Source: Candidatus Saccharimonadota bacterium (GTDB lineage Bacteria; Bacteroidota; Bacteroidia; Flavobacteriales; Blattabacteriaceae). Taken from it: a stretch of DNA of 32,000 bases. Shown here piece by piece: positions 1 to 10,655 of the stretch. Under the pieces are notes generated by a model. The model was not told the DNA's origin. It searched no databases and worked only from the letters and a program-made list of their open reading frames with translations. Within the stretch, counting starts at the first letter, position 1, and each line of letters opens with the position of its first letter. Location of the stretch: positions 300,001 through 332,000 of the forward strand of contig CP100318.1 of NCBI GenBank assembly GCA_029851085.1, given 5' to 3'. The translations under genes and the position numbers were made by a program.

Positions 1-572
1 TGATTAAAGTAAAATATTATATAAATAATAAAAATTGTAAATTAATTGGTCCAAATTGTCCTGGAATAATAACTGTTGAAGAAACTTTAATAGGTATTAT
101 GCCTAGTTCTATATTTAAAAAAGGAAATATAGGTATTATATCTAGATCTGGAACATTAACTTACGAAGTAGCTGATCAAATAGTTAAATCTGGTTATGGT
201 ATATCTACAGCTATTGGTATTGGTGGAGATTATATTATTGGGTTTAGTATACTAGAAATTATAAAATTATTTATGAACGATCCAGATACTGATGTTATTG
301 TATTGATAGGAGAAATTGGTGGACAACTTGAAATTGAAGCAGCTAAATGGATAAAAAATAATAAAAAGTGTAATAAAGCAGTTATTGGATTTATTGCTGG
401 TGTAACTGCACCAAAAGGACGTATTATGGGACATGCTGGAGCTATAATTGGTGGAAAAAATGATACAGCACAATTTAAAATTGAAATTATGAAAAAATGT
501 GGTATGTATATAGTTACATCTTTGGATCAAATAGGATATGAGATAAGTAAAATTATGAAAAAATATAATTAA
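1..572 (+). CDS. sucD: Succinyl-CoA ligase (ADP-forming) alpha subunit, 5' end outside window
   Basis: The frame is open from base 3 to the TAA at 570-572. Translation includes LIGPNCPGII, SRSGTLTYE and MGHAGAII, which are typical SucD motifs. Confidence 0.9.
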   Translation, partial: IKVKYYINNKNCKLIGPNCPGIITVEETLIGIMPSSIFKKGNIGIISRSGTLTYEVADQIVKSGYGISTAIGIGGDYIIGFSILEIIKLFMNDPDTDVIVLIGEIGGQLEIEAAKWIKNNKKCNKAVIGFIAGVTAPKGRIMGHAGAIIGGKNDTAQFKIEIMKKCGMYIVTSLDQIGYEISKIMKKYN

Positions 573-609
573 ATTTTAATTTAACTTTATTATTTAAAAA
601 AAAAACATA

Positions 610-1245
610 ATGAAAGTTTTAGTAGGAAAAAATGCTCCTAATTTTAAAGCTAATGCTATTATAAATAATCAAATAATAGAAAATTTTACTTTAAAAAAAT
701 TTATAGGAAAATATGTATTATTATTTTTTTATCCTAAAGATTTTACTTTTGTATGTCCTACTGAATTACATGCTTTTCAAGCAAAAATACAAGATTTTGA
801 ATCAAGAAATGTACAAATTATTGCTGTATCTACAGATACAGAACAATCCCATTGGGGATGGATGCAGCTATCAAAACAAGAAGGTGGAATAAAAGGCATA
901 ACCTATCCTATTGTAGCTGATACTAATAAAACTATTTCTTATAATTATGGAGTTTTAGCAGGTGATTGGATTTATGATGAAGAAAATGATCAAATAGAAG
1001 CATATAAAGAATTGGTTGCTTATAGAGGACTTTTTTTAATTGATAAAGAAGGTATTATACGTCATCAATTAATTAATGATATGCCTCTAGGCAGAAATGT
1101 TAATGAAGCGATACGTATTATAGATGCACTTATTTTTTTTGAAAAAAATGGAGAAGTATGTCCAGCTAATTGGAAATTAGGTGATAAAGGTATAAAAACT
1201 GATCATAAAAGTGTAGCACTATATTTATCTTCTAAAAAGTATTAA
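610..1245 (+). CDS. ahpC: Typical 2-Cys peroxiredoxin (AhpC/Tsa family)
   Basis: 211 aa ORF. The peroxidatic Cys motif DFTFVCPTE and the resolving Cys motif GEVCPANW are both present. Confidence 0.88.
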   Translation: MKVLVGKNAPNFKANAIINNQIIENFTLKKFIGKYVLLFFYPKDFTFVCPTELHAFQAKIQDFESRNVQIIAVSTDTEQSHWGWMQLSKQEGGIKGITYPIVADTNKTISYNYGVLAGDWIYDEENDQIEAYKELVAYRGLFLIDKEGIIRHQLINDMPLGRNVNEAIRIIDALIFFEKNGEVCPANWKLGDKGIKTDHKSVALYLSSKKY

Positions 1246-1269
1246 TATATGCACATAATTTAGCATCAT

Positions 1270-3039
1270 ATGAATAGCATCAAATGTATAAAATCAGTTT
1301 TAAAAGATATTAAATTATATAGTATATCTATAGATACGTTTGAATTAGAAATTCAGTATACTATTAAAAAATATAAAGGAGATGTTACATTAATAATATT
1401 TCCATTATTAAAGATTTTTAAAAAACCTTTGAAAGAAATTGGACAAGAGTTAGGCAATAACATTAAAAAAAAATTATCATTTATTAAATCATTTAATGTA
1501 ATTAATGGATTTTTAAATTTAGAATTTAAAGATGAGTATTATTTGGAATTATTATTAAAAATGAAACAAGGATTATTTAAAATAAATAAAAAAAAACATC
1601 GTCCATTATTAATGATAGAATATTCTTCACCTAATACTAATAAACCTTTACATTTAGGACATATTCGTAATTGCATATTAGGACAATCAATGTCCAATAT
1701 ATTTGATACTATAGGATATAAAGTAATCAGAACCCAACTTATTAACGATAGGGGAATACATATTTGTAAATCTATGGTTGCTTGGCAAAAATTAGGTCAA
1801 AGCAAAACTCCCCAAAATACAAATATAAAGGGAGATCATTTTGTTGGTAAATATTATGTAGAATTTGAAAATTTGAAACGTAAAGAAATTGAAAGATTAT
1901 TATCATTAGGATATAATTATAGTGAAGCTGAAAAAAAATCTACAATCATGCAATCTGTACGTGAAACTTTACGTAAATGGGAAAATGGTGACAATTATAC
2001 TATTGAGATTTGGAATAAATTGAATAAATGGGTTTATGAAGGGTTTGAAGAAACCTATCGTAGATTAGGAATTACTTTTGATGAAGTTCAATATGAAAGT
2101 AATACTTATATTTTAGGAAAAAAAATTGTTAAAGAAGGTATTCAAAAAGGTATTTTTTATAAGAAATATGATGGTTCTGTATGGATTGATTTTAAGAATC
2201 AAACATTAAATAGAAAATTACTGTTACGATCTGATGGAACTTCAGTATATCTTACTCAAGATATTGGTACAGCTGTAGAACGTTTTAGAAAATATCCTAT
2301 TGATAAATTAATTTATACTGTTGGTGAAGAACAAAATTATCATTTTAAAATTTTATTTATTATTTTAAATCGTTTAGGATATCCATGGTATAAAAAACTT
2401 TTTCATCTATCATATGGTATGGTAAATTTACCTGATGGAAAAATGAAGTCAAGAGAAGGTACTGTTGTAGATGCTGACGACTTAATGAGCAAAATGCATA
2501 ATACAGCTATGAGCATTACTCAAAAATTAGGAAAATTAAAAAAATGTTCAAAACAAGAACAATATCAATTATTTGAAAAAATTGGTATTGCTGCTTTAAA
2601 ATATTATATACTTAAAGTTAATCCTAAGAAAAGTATTATATTCGATCCTATGGAGTCTATTGATTTTAAAGGATGTACTGGTACATATATTCAATATACT
2701 TACGCACGTATTTGCTCATTAAAAATAAAAAGCATGCAAATAAAAAAAAAATATGATATATCTATATCATTAAATATGTATGAACGTACTATTATTAAAA
2801 TGTTAGAACAATACATTTCAATTATTAAAAGTGTAGCAAATAATTTAGATCCTTCTATTTTGGCAAATTATATATATAATTTAGCAAAAAAATTCAATGA
2901 TTTTTATCAAAATATAAATGTTATTTATGAAATAAATGAAAATAAAAAATATTTTCGTATTAAATTATCATCAATGGTAGGATATATTTTAAAAAATGGT
3001 ATGGAATTATTAGGAATTTCAATGCTTGAACGTATGTAA
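1270..3039 (+). CDS. argS: Arginine--tRNA ligase
   Basis: 589 aa ORF. It has the class I HIGH-type motif SSPNTNKPLHLGHIRN, a MKSREG (KMSK-like) motif, and a C-terminal anticodon-binding region ending ...GISMLERM. Confidence 0.9.
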   Translation: MNSIKCIKSVLKDIKLYSISIDTFELEIQYTIKKYKGDVTLIIFPLLKIFKKPLKEIGQELGNNIKKKLSFIKSFNVINGFLNLEFKDEYYLELLLKMKQGLFKINKKKHRPLLMIEYSSPNTNKPLHLGHIRNCILGQSMSNIFDTIGYKVIRTQLINDRGIHICKSMVAWQKLGQSKTPQNTNIKGDHFVGKYYVEFENLKRKEIERLLSLGYNYSEAEKKSTIMQSVRETLRKWENGDNYTIEIWNKLNKWVYEGFEETYRRLGITFDEVQYESNTYILGKKIVKEGIQKGIFYKKYDGSVWIDFKNQTLNRKLLLRSDGTSVYLTQDIGTAVERFRKYPIDKLIYTVGEEQNYHFKILFIILNRLGYPWYKKLFHLSYGMVNLPDGKMKSREGTVVDADDLMSKMHNTAMSITQKLGKLKKCSKQEQYQLFEKIGIAALKYYILKVNPKKSIIFDPMESIDFKGCTGTYIQYTYARICSLKIKSMQIKKKYDISISLNMYERTIIKMLEQYISIIKSVANNLDPSILANYIYNLAKKFNDFYQNINVIYEINENKKYFRIKLSSMVGYILKNGMELLGISMLERM

Positions 3040-3066
3040 ATACATAAATATTTAAATAAATAAAAT

Positions 3067-4371
3067 ATGTTTAACATTTTTAAAAAAAAAATAAATAAAG
3101 CTTTTGAATTATTAAATGGACAAAATGATATTACAAAAACGCTTAAAGAAATACATAATGCTTTAATTTATGCTGATGTTAACTATCACATAGCAAAAGA
3201 TTTCATTGAAAAAATAAAAAACAAAGTTACTAATACTAAAATTAATCATAAAAACTATTTAATAAAAATTGTTTATGATGAATTAACTAATTTAATGGGT
3301 GGAAATAATGTAGATATTAATTTATCAGAAGATCCTAATATCATACTTATAGTTGGATTACAAGGTAGTGGTAAAACTACTTTTTCAGTTAAATTGGCTC
3401 AATTTTTAAAAATAAAAAAAAATAAGAATCCTTTGTTAGTGGCAGCCGATATATACCGTCCAGCAGCTATTAATCAAATTAATATTTTAGGAACAAAAGT
3501 TAATATTCCTGTGTTTTCTATTAAAGATAATAAAAATACCGTAGATATAATTTCAAAATCTATTGAGAATGCTAAAGTTAATAATAATAATGTTATTATT
3601 ATTGATACAGCTGGTCGTTTATCTGTTAATAAATTTATGATGAATGAAATAAAAAATATTTACCAGTCCATAATTCCAACAGAGACTTTATTTATAATTG
3701 ATGCTATGATGGGGCAAGATGCTATTAACATAGCAAAATCATTTAATAATGAGATTAATTTTGATGGAGTTGTTTTAACTAAATTAGATAGTGATACTAG
3801 GGGTGGATCGGCTTTAACTGTTTGTAGTGTTATCAATAAACCTATTAAATTTATTAGTTATGGTGAAAAGATGGAAGCTATAAGCGTATTCTATCCTAAT
3901 AGAATGGCTAGTCGTATTTTAGGAATGGGTGATATTGTTTCTTTAGTAGAAAAAGTAAAAGATCAATTTGATGAAACGCAAATTCAAGATATACAAGAAA
4001 AAATAGAAAAAAGTAAATTTAATTTTAATGATTTCTTAGAACATATTAAAAAAATAAAAAAAATGGGCAATATAAAAGATATCATAGATATGATGCCTAT
4101 GGGTTTGGGTGTTGGTGTGGATCTTGATAATAATTTTTTTAAAAAAATAGAAGCCATTATTAATTCAATGACACCTATTGAACGTAAAAAACCTCTAATT
4201 ATAGAAGAAAGTAGAAAAATACGTATTGCTAAAGGATCTGGAACTTCTATTGAAGATATTAATAATATTATTGCTAAATTTTTATATTTTAGTAATATGC
4301 TTAAACATATGAAAAATTTATCAATAAAAGATGCTTTATCAATTATAAAATCAAAAATTAAAAAAAATTAA
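3067..4371 (+). CDS. ffh: Signal recognition particle protein Ffh
   Basis: 434 aa ORF. The SRP GTPase motifs GLQGSGKTT, DTAGR and TKLD are present, followed by a Met-rich M domain (MGDIVSLVEK, MMPMG). Confidence 0.92.
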   Translation: MFNIFKKKINKAFELLNGQNDITKTLKEIHNALIYADVNYHIAKDFIEKIKNKVTNTKINHKNYLIKIVYDELTNLMGGNNVDINLSEDPNIILIVGLQGSGKTTFSVKLAQFLKIKKNKNPLLVAADIYRPAAINQINILGTKVNIPVFSIKDNKNTVDIISKSIENAKVNNNNVIIIDTAGRLSVNKFMMNEIKNIYQSIIPTETLFIIDAMMGQDAINIAKSFNNEINFDGVVLTKLDSDTRGGSALTVCSVINKPIKFISYGEKMEAISVFYPNRMASRILGMGDIVSLVEKVKDQFDETQIQDIQEKIEKSKFNFNDFLEHIKKIKKMGNIKDIIDMMPMGLGVGVDLDNNFFKKIEAIINSMTPIERKKPLIIEESRKIRIAKGSGTSIEDINNIIAKFLYFSNMLKHMKNLSIKDALSIIKSKIKKN

Positions 4372-4410
4372 GCATGATCGTGATAGATTAATGCATTTTT
4401 ATTTTACCAA

Positions 4411-6339
4411 ATGAATAAGTATATATACATAACATTAGTTGATAATACAGTTAAAGAATACAAATTAGGAGTAACACCTATTGAAGTGGCTAAAGATATT
4501 TTTAGTGAAAAAAATATAGATAAATTATTATCTGCTAGTATTAATGATAATCAAATAGAATTATATACTCCTATATATGCCAATTCAAAATTATGTTTTT
4601 ATACTTGGGAAGATGAATTAGGTAAAAAAGCATTTTGGCATTCTTCTGCTCATTTATTGGCTCAAGCTATTTTAGAATTATATCCACAAGTTAAGCTTAG
4701 TATTGGACCAGCTATTAATAATGGATTTTACTATGATATAGATTTTGTAAATACATCATTTACTGAAAAAGATTTCTCTATTGTAGAGAAAATAATGATT
4801 AAAAATGCTAAAAAAGCTTCCAGATTTAAAGTATATAATATTTCTAAAATAAAAGCTTTATCTTTTTATAAAGATAATATATATAAAACTGAATTAATAA
4901 GAAATATTAAAGATAAAGATCTTACTTTTTGTACTAACGATAATTTTACTGACCTTTGTAGAGGTGGTCACATTCCAAATACAGCATTTATAAAATATAT
5001 AAAATTAATAAATATTTCAGGAGTATATTGGCGTGGTAATAAAAATAATAAACAATTAACACGTATTTATGGAATTTCATTCCCTAATGAATTTTATTTC
5101 AAAAAATATTTATACGATATTTCTGAATATCAGAAACGTGATCATAGAAAACTAGGAAAAAAATTGGGACTTTTTACGTTTTCTAAACGTGTTGGATCAG
5201 GATTACCTTTGTGGTTACCTAAAGGAACTTTATTGCGTAAACTTTTAGAAGAGTTTTTAACTAAACTTCAACAAAAAATAGGTTATGAAATGGTGATTAC
5301 ACCGCATATTGGGCATAAAGATTTATATACTATTTCTGGACATTTGGATAAATATATGGAAAATAGTTTTAAATCTATTTTAACTCCTAATAGTGAAGAT
5401 GAATTTATTTTAAAACCAATGAATTGTCCTCATCATTGTGAAATTTACCGTTCACATCAATGGTCATATAAAGATTTGCCAAAACGTTTTGCAGAATTTG
5501 GTACTGTATATCGTTATGAGCAGAGTGGAGAACTTCACGGACTAACACGTGTACGAAGTTTCACACAAGATGATGCACATATTTTTTGTACTTCTGATCA
5601 ATTATTAAATGAATTTAAATTAGTTATTGATTTAGTAATTTATATATTAAATTCTTTAGGATTTAAAGAATATACTGCCCAAATATCGTTAAGAGATTAT
5701 AATAACACTGAAAAATATATTGGTACTAATGAAAATTGGCAAAAAGCAGAAGAATATATAATTAAAGCAACTAAAGAAAAAAAATTAAAAACAAAATTAG
5801 TTTATGGTGAAGCAGCTTTTTATGGTCCAAAACTTGATTTTATTGTTAAAGATGCCTTAGGACGTAATTGGCAATTAGGCACAATTCAAGTAGATTATAA
5901 TATGCCTATACGTTTTGATCTTAATTATAAAGGATATGATAATAAATTACATAGACCAATAATGATTCACCGTGCTCCTTTTGGATCTTTAGAACGTTTT
6001 ATTGCAATTCTTATTGAACATACTGGAGGTGATTTTCCATTATGGTTAGCTCCTTATCAAGTATCTATTCTTACTATAAGTAAAAAATATATAGTATATG
6101 CTAAAAATATATATAATATTATATTAAGTTCAAATATAAGAGTTTTTATGGATGATAGAGATGAAAAAATAGGTAAAAAGATACTATATGCAGAAATTAG
6201 CAAAATTCCTATTATGATTATAATAGGATATAAAGAAGAAAAAAATAAATCAATTTCTATACGACGTAGAGGATCAAATAATATTGAAGAAATTAAAATA
6301 GAAAAATTTTTGAATTTTATAAAAAAAGAATTAACTTAA
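4411..6339 (+). CDS. thrS: Threonine--tRNA ligase
   Basis: 642 aa ORF with an N-terminal TGS-like region. It carries the HSSAH editing motif, class II motifs (FRYEQSGELHGLTRVRSFTQDDAH, GTIQVD) and a C-terminal anticodon-binding domain. Confidence 0.92.
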   Translation: MNKYIYITLVDNTVKEYKLGVTPIEVAKDIFSEKNIDKLLSASINDNQIELYTPIYANSKLCFYTWEDELGKKAFWHSSAHLLAQAILELYPQVKLSIGPAINNGFYYDIDFVNTSFTEKDFSIVEKIMIKNAKKASRFKVYNISKIKALSFYKDNIYKTELIRNIKDKDLTFCTNDNFTDLCRGGHIPNTAFIKYIKLINISGVYWRGNKNNKQLTRIYGISFPNEFYFKKYLYDISEYQKRDHRKLGKKLGLFTFSKRVGSGLPLWLPKGTLLRKLLEEFLTKLQQKIGYEMVITPHIGHKDLYTISGHLDKYMENSFKSILTPNSEDEFILKPMNCPHHCEIYRSHQWSYKDLPKRFAEFGTVYRYEQSGELHGLTRVRSFTQDDAHIFCTSDQLLNEFKLVIDLVIYILNSLGFKEYTAQISLRDYNNTEKYIGTNENWQKAEEYIIKATKEKKLKTKLVYGEAAFYGPKLDFIVKDALGRNWQLGTIQVDYNMPIRFDLNYKGYDNKLHRPIMIHRAPFGSLERFIAILIEHTGGDFPLWLAPYQVSILTISKKYIVYAKNIYNIILSSNIRVFMDDRDEKIGKKILYAEISKIPIMIIIGYKEEKNKSISIRRRGSNNIEEIKIEKFLNFIKKELT

Positions 6340-6363
6340 TTCTAAATTAATTAAATTTTATAA

Positions 6364-6894
6364 ATTATAAAAATATATCGCATTAATCAATATATAGTTG
6401 CTCCTCAAGTACGTTTAGTTGGAGAAAATATAAAAGTTGGTATTTATACATTAAAAAATGCACTTCAAATTGCTAAAAATAAGGAATTAGATTTAGTAGA
6501 AATTAATTCTAAAATTGATCCACCTATATGTAAAATACTTGAATATAAAAAGTTTTTATATGAACAAAAAAAGAAACAAAAATTAATTAAATTAAAACAA
6601 TATAAAGTTTTTACAAAAGAAATACGTATGGGGCCACAAACAAATATTCATGATATTGAATTTAAAATAAAAAATGCTAAAAAATTTTTAAAATCTAAAG
6701 ACAAAGTTAAAATATCTATCCTTTTTAAAGGACGTTCTATAATCTATAAAGATCAGGGAAAAGTTATTTTATTGAAATTTTCAGATGCACTAAATCTTTA
6801 TGGAAAAGTAGAACAAATGCCAATGATGGATGGTAAAAAAATGTATATGATTATATCACCAACAAAACATTATAATGACAAAATTGAAAAGTAA
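6364..6894 (+). CDS. infC: Translation initiation factor IF-3, non-ATG start (ATT at 6364 proposed; ATA at 6367/6373 possible)
   Basis: The ORF track reports only 6628-6894. The same frame is open back to the TAA at 6361-6363 and encodes [65 protein letters not shown], the IF-3 N-domain and linker. There is no in-frame ATG, GTG or TTG upstream. Confidence 0.85.
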   Translation: MIKIYRINQYIVAPQVRLVGENIKVGIYTLKNALQIAKNKELDLVEINSKIDPPICKILEYKKFLYEQKKKQKLIKLKQYKVFTKEIRMGPQTNIHDIEFKIKNAKKFLKSKDKVKISILFKGRSIIYKDQGKVILLKFSDALNLYGKVEQMPMMDGKKMYMIISPTKHYNDKIEK

Positions 6895-7069
6895 ATCTGG
6901 AGCAAAAAAAAGATTTAAAATTACTGCTAGTGGTATTATTAAAAGAAAACATGCATTTAAAAATCATCTGTTGACTAAAAAATCTACTAAAAAAAAACGT
7001 TTTTTAACTAAATTTGCTATAATAACAAAAGCAGATATTAAAAATATAAAAAAACAATTATTAATATAA
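6875..7069 (+). CDS. rpmI: 50S ribosomal protein L35
   Basis: 64 aa ORF with the N-terminus [15 protein letters not shown] typical of L35. It overlaps the infC 3' end by 20 nt. Confidence 0.9.
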   Translation: MTKLKSKSGAKKRFKITASGIIKRKHAFKNHLLTKKSTKKKRFLTKFAIITKADIKNIKKQLLI

Positions 7070-7070
7070 T

Positions 7071-7421
7071 ATGCCTAGATCTGTAAATTCAGTAGCTGCA
7101 AAACGTAAAAGAAAAAATATACTTAAATATGCTAAAGGTTATTATGGAGTAGGAAGTAAAGTATATACAATAGCTAAAAATAGAGTTGAAAAAGCATTTC
7201 AGCATGCTTATATTGGTCGTAAACAAAAAAAAATAAGATTTCGTGCTTTGTGGATTCAAAGAATCAATGCAGTAGTTAGAACATTTGGAATATCATATTC
7301 AAAATTTATAGATTTATTATATAATAATAATATTAATCTTAATCGCAAGGTTATTGCGGATTTAGCAATTAACAATCCTAATATTTTAAAATATATTATT
7401 ATAGAATATTTAAATAAATAA
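7071..7421 (+). CDS. rplT: 50S ribosomal protein L20
   Basis: 116 aa ORF with the N-terminus MPRSVNSVAAKRKRKNILKYAKGYYG, in the conserved infC-rpmI-rplT order. Confidence 0.92.
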   Translation: MPRSVNSVAAKRKRKNILKYAKGYYGVGSKVYTIAKNRVEKAFQHAYIGRKQKKIRFRALWIQRINAVVRTFGISYSKFIDLLYNNNINLNRKVIADLAINNPNILKYIIIEYLNK

Positions 7422-7943
7422 TTTTTTATATATATTTTTTTTTTTAAAAGTAGATAAACGATCAATAAAAAGTTTTCCATCAATATGATCATATTCATGT
7501 TGTACAATTCTTGCTTGTAATCCATTTAATATTTCTGTATGTATATTCCAATATTCATCATAATATCTTATCAAGATATGAGATTTTCTTTTTACTAATT
7601 CAATTATATTTGGAATACTAAGACAACCTTCTTTAAAAACTACTGTTTTACCAAAACTTTTTATTATTTTAGCATTAATAAAAACTTTTTTATAATTATT
7701 ATAATTAGAATAAGATAATTGATTATGTTTTAATACATATAACATATCTACAATAAATAATTTTATATTTTTTCCAATTTGAGGTGCAGCTAATCCTATT
7801 CCTTTTACATTATACATTGTATCAAACATATTTGAAATCAATAAATTAAGTTTAGGAAAAGAATTAGAAATGTTAACACATTTTTTTCTTAGAATAGAAT
7901 TATTTAAAATAGATTTACCATAAATTATTATAGGTAATATCAT
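7410..7943 (-). CDS. def: Peptide deformylase
   Basis: 177 aa ORF carrying the three PDF motifs GIGLAAPQIG, EGCLS and HEYDH. Confidence 0.92.
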   Translation of the reverse strand: MILPIIIYGKSILNNSILRKKCVNISNSFPKLNLLISNMFDTMYNVKGIGLAAPQIGKNIKLFIVDMLYVLKHNQLSYSNYNNYKKVFINAKIIKSFGKTVVFKEGCLSIPNIIELVKRKSHILIRYYDEYWNIHTEILNGLQARIVQHEYDHIDGKLFIDRLSTFKKKNIYKKLFI

Positions 7944-7944
7944 A

Positions 7945-8364
7945 TTATGATTTATTATTATTTTTTTGCAAAAGATAAGATTGCAGAATTAGAGTTGCAC
8001 TAATTTTATTTATTAAATCTTTATTTTTTCTTTTTTTTTTGTTTAATCCTCCTTCTATCATATATTGTTTTGCTAATTTAGAAGTAAAACGTTCATCTAT
8101 ACGTTCTATAATAATATGATTATATTTTTGATTTATTAATTTAATAAATTGTCTAATATTAATTTCAATAGGTGCATATTTACCATTTAATTGCTTAGGT
8201 AATCCTATAACAATTTTTTTTATTTCTTCTTTAGAAAGATATTCTTTTATAAAGAACATTAATTTTTCTGTCTTTATAGTTTTTAATCCATAAGCTATTA
8301 TTTCTAGAGTATCAGTAATTGCAATCCCTGTTCTTTTGTGTCCATAATCTATACCTAGTATCAT
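7945..8364 (-). CDS. ruvX: Holliday junction resolvase-like protein RuvX (YqgF)
   Basis: 139 aa ORF with the N-terminus MILGIDYGHKRTGIA and a DERFTS motif, both typical of YqgF. It lies directly upstream of def on the same strand. Confidence 0.85.
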   Translation of the reverse strand: MILGIDYGHKRTGIAITDTLEIIAYGLKTIKTEKLMFFIKEYLSKEEIKKIVIGLPKQLNGKYAPIEINIRQFIKLINQKYNHIIIERIDERFTSKLAKQYMIEGGLNKKKRKNKDLINKISATLILQSYLLQKNNNKS

Positions 8365-8424
8365 ATATATAAATAAAATTGTATTTTAATAAAATTGTAT
8401 TATTTAATAATAATATAATAAACT

Positions 8425-9240
8425 ATGGATAAATATAAAACAATAATAGAAAAAGTTTGGAACAATAAAGAAAATTGGAAAACTCACGAAATAAAAAATA
8501 TTATTTATGATGTTATAAAACAACTTGATAATGGTACACTTAGAATAGCTATTCGTTCATATGATAAAAAATGGATAATAAACGAATGGATTAAAAAAAC
8601 AATTCTTATGTATTTTTCAATTAAAGAAATGGAACTTATAGAAATAGGTCCATTTGAATTTTATGATAAAATTCCATTAAAAAATTCTTATGAAGAAAAA
8701 AAAGTTCGTGTAGTTCCTCATGCTATAGCTAGATATGGATCTTATATTTCTCCTGGTGTTGTTTTAATGCCTTCTTATGTTAATATTGGTGCTTATATAG
8801 GTACTAATAGTATGATAGATACGTGGGCAACAGTAGGTAGTTGTGCTCAAATTGGATCTAATGTGCATATAAGTGGAGGTGTTGGGATAGGTGGTGTTTT
8901 AGAACCTTTACAAGCTTCACCTGTTATTATTGAAGATAATGTTTTTATTGGATCTAGATGTATTTTAGTTGAAGGCGTTTATATAGAAGAAGAAGCTGTT
9001 TTAGGAGCTAATGTAGTTTTAACAGCATCAACTAAAATTATAGATGTTACTGGTAATAATCCTATTGAACTAAAAGGTATAGTACCTAAACGTTCAGTAG
9101 TAATACCTGGATCATATTCTAAAAAATATCCTGCTGGACAATATAATGTTCCATGTGCTTTAATAATTGGAAAACGTAAGGAAAGTACAAATAAAAAAAC
9201 ATCACTAAACAAAGTTTTACGAGAACATAATATTATATAG
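8425..9240 (+). CDS. dapD: 2,3,4,5-tetrahydropyridine-2,6-dicarboxylate N-succinyltransferase
   Basis: 271 aa ORF. It has hexapeptide-repeat left-handed beta-helix sequence (GAYIGTNSMIDTWATVGSCAQIGSNVHISGGVGIGGVLEP) and the short DapD architecture seen in Bacteroidetes. Confidence 0.85.
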   Translation: MDKYKTIIEKVWNNKENWKTHEIKNIIYDVIKQLDNGTLRIAIRSYDKKWIINEWIKKTILMYFSIKEMELIEIGPFEFYDKIPLKNSYEEKKVRVVPHAIARYGSYISPGVVLMPSYVNIGAYIGTNSMIDTWATVGSCAQIGSNVHISGGVGIGGVLEPLQASPVIIEDNVFIGSRCILVEGVYIEEEAVLGANVVLTASTKIIDVTGNNPIELKGIVPKRSVVIPGSYSKKYPAGQYNVPCALIIGKRKESTNKKTSLNKVLREHNII

Positions 9241-9242
9241 CA

Positions 9243-10649
9243 ATGACATGCTTAAATAAAAAAATATTTAAGATAATAAGTAAATCTTCTAAAGAACTTA
9301 AACAAGATTCTTATATTGTAGGAGGTTATGTACGAGATTTTTTATTGGGGAAACCATCTAAAGATATTGATATTGTAACTACAGGAAGTGGTATTCATTT
9401 AGCAGAACAAGTATCTAAAAATATTGAAAAAAAACCTAAAGTAAATTTTTTCAAAAGATTTGGTACTGCTATGTTGATATATGAAAATGATAAAATAGAA
9501 TTTGTAGGAGCTAGAAAAGAATCATATAATATTAATAGTCGTAATCCTTTTATAGAAAAAGGTTCACTTATAGACGATCAAACTAGAAGAGATTTTACTA
9601 TTAATTCTCTAGCTATTAGTCTTAATAAGAATGATTACGGAAGGTTAATAGATCCTTTAATGGGAAAAGATGATTTAAAAAAAAAAATCATACGTACTAC
9701 TAGAGATCCCAATATTACTTATTATGATGATCCTCTAAGAATGATGCGTGCTATACGTTTTGCTACACAATTAAAATTTGAAATTGAAGATTTATCTTAT
9801 AAATTTATAAAAAAAAATAAAGAAAGAATACATATTGTATCTATAGAACGTATTATGGATGAATTTAATAAAATACTTTCTTGTGAAAAACCATCTATAG
9901 GTATTAATTTGCTTTATGATTCTGGTTTATTGAATATTATATTACCTGAATTAACAGCATTGAAAGGAATAGAAGAAAAAGAAGGTTCCACACATAAAGA
10001 TAATTTTATTCATACTCTTGAAGTAATCGATAATATTAGCAAAAAAACAAATTCTATATGGCTAAGATGGGCAGCATTACTTCATGATATTGGAAAAACT
10101 AAAACTAAAAAATATTTATCAGGTGTTGGATGGACATTTCGTGCACATGAAATTTTAGGTTCTAAAATGATACCGTCTATATTTAGACGTCTTAAACTTC
10201 CTATGGGATTAACAATGCAATATATTCAAAAAATAATAAGGTCTAGTTCACGTCCAATTTCATTAATAAGTAATAAAACTACTGATTCTGCTATACGTAG
10301 ATTATTATTTGATTTAGGAAATGACATTGAAGATTTAATAATGTTATGTGAAGCAGATATTACAACAAAAAATTTTTCAAAAAAACAACAATATAAAAGT
10401 AATTTTAATTTAGTTAGTACTAAATTTAAGCAAATTGAAAAAAAAGATAAAATACGTAATTGGCAACCTCCTATATCAGGAGAATGTATTATGAATACAT
10501 TTAATTTAAAACCTTGTCAGCAAGTAGGTATTATAAAAAATTCTATAAAAGAAGCTATTTTAGATGGAAAAATAAATAATGAAAAAAATGATGCTTATAT
10601 TTTCATGTTAAAAAAAGGAAAAGAATTAGGATTAAAAACAAAAAATTAA
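9243..10649 (+). CDS. tRNA nucleotidyltransferase (CCA-adding / poly(A) polymerase family) with C-terminal HD domain
   Basis: 468 aa ORF. The N-terminal pol-beta nucleotidyltransferase motif is GGYVRDFLLGKPSKDIDIV. DPLRMMRAIRFA and an HD region (LLHDIGK) follow. Confidence 0.82.
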   Translation: MTCLNKKIFKIISKSSKELKQDSYIVGGYVRDFLLGKPSKDIDIVTTGSGIHLAEQVSKNIEKKPKVNFFKRFGTAMLIYENDKIEFVGARKESYNINSRNPFIEKGSLIDDQTRRDFTINSLAISLNKNDYGRLIDPLMGKDDLKKKIIRTTRDPNITYYDDPLRMMRAIRFATQLKFEIEDLSYKFIKKNKERIHIVSIERIMDEFNKILSCEKPSIGINLLYDSGLLNIILPELTALKGIEEKEGSTHKDNFIHTLEVIDNISKKTNSIWLRWAALLHDIGKTKTKKYLSGVGWTFRAHEILGSKMIPSIFRRLKLPMGLTMQYIQKIIRSSSRPISLISNKTTDSAIRRLLFDLGNDIEDLIMLCEADITTKNFSKKQQYKSNFNLVSTKFKQIEKKDKIRNWQPPISGECIMNTFNLKPCQQVGIIKNSIKEAILDGKINNEKNDAYIFMLKKGKELGLKTKN

Positions 10650-10655
10650 ATATTT

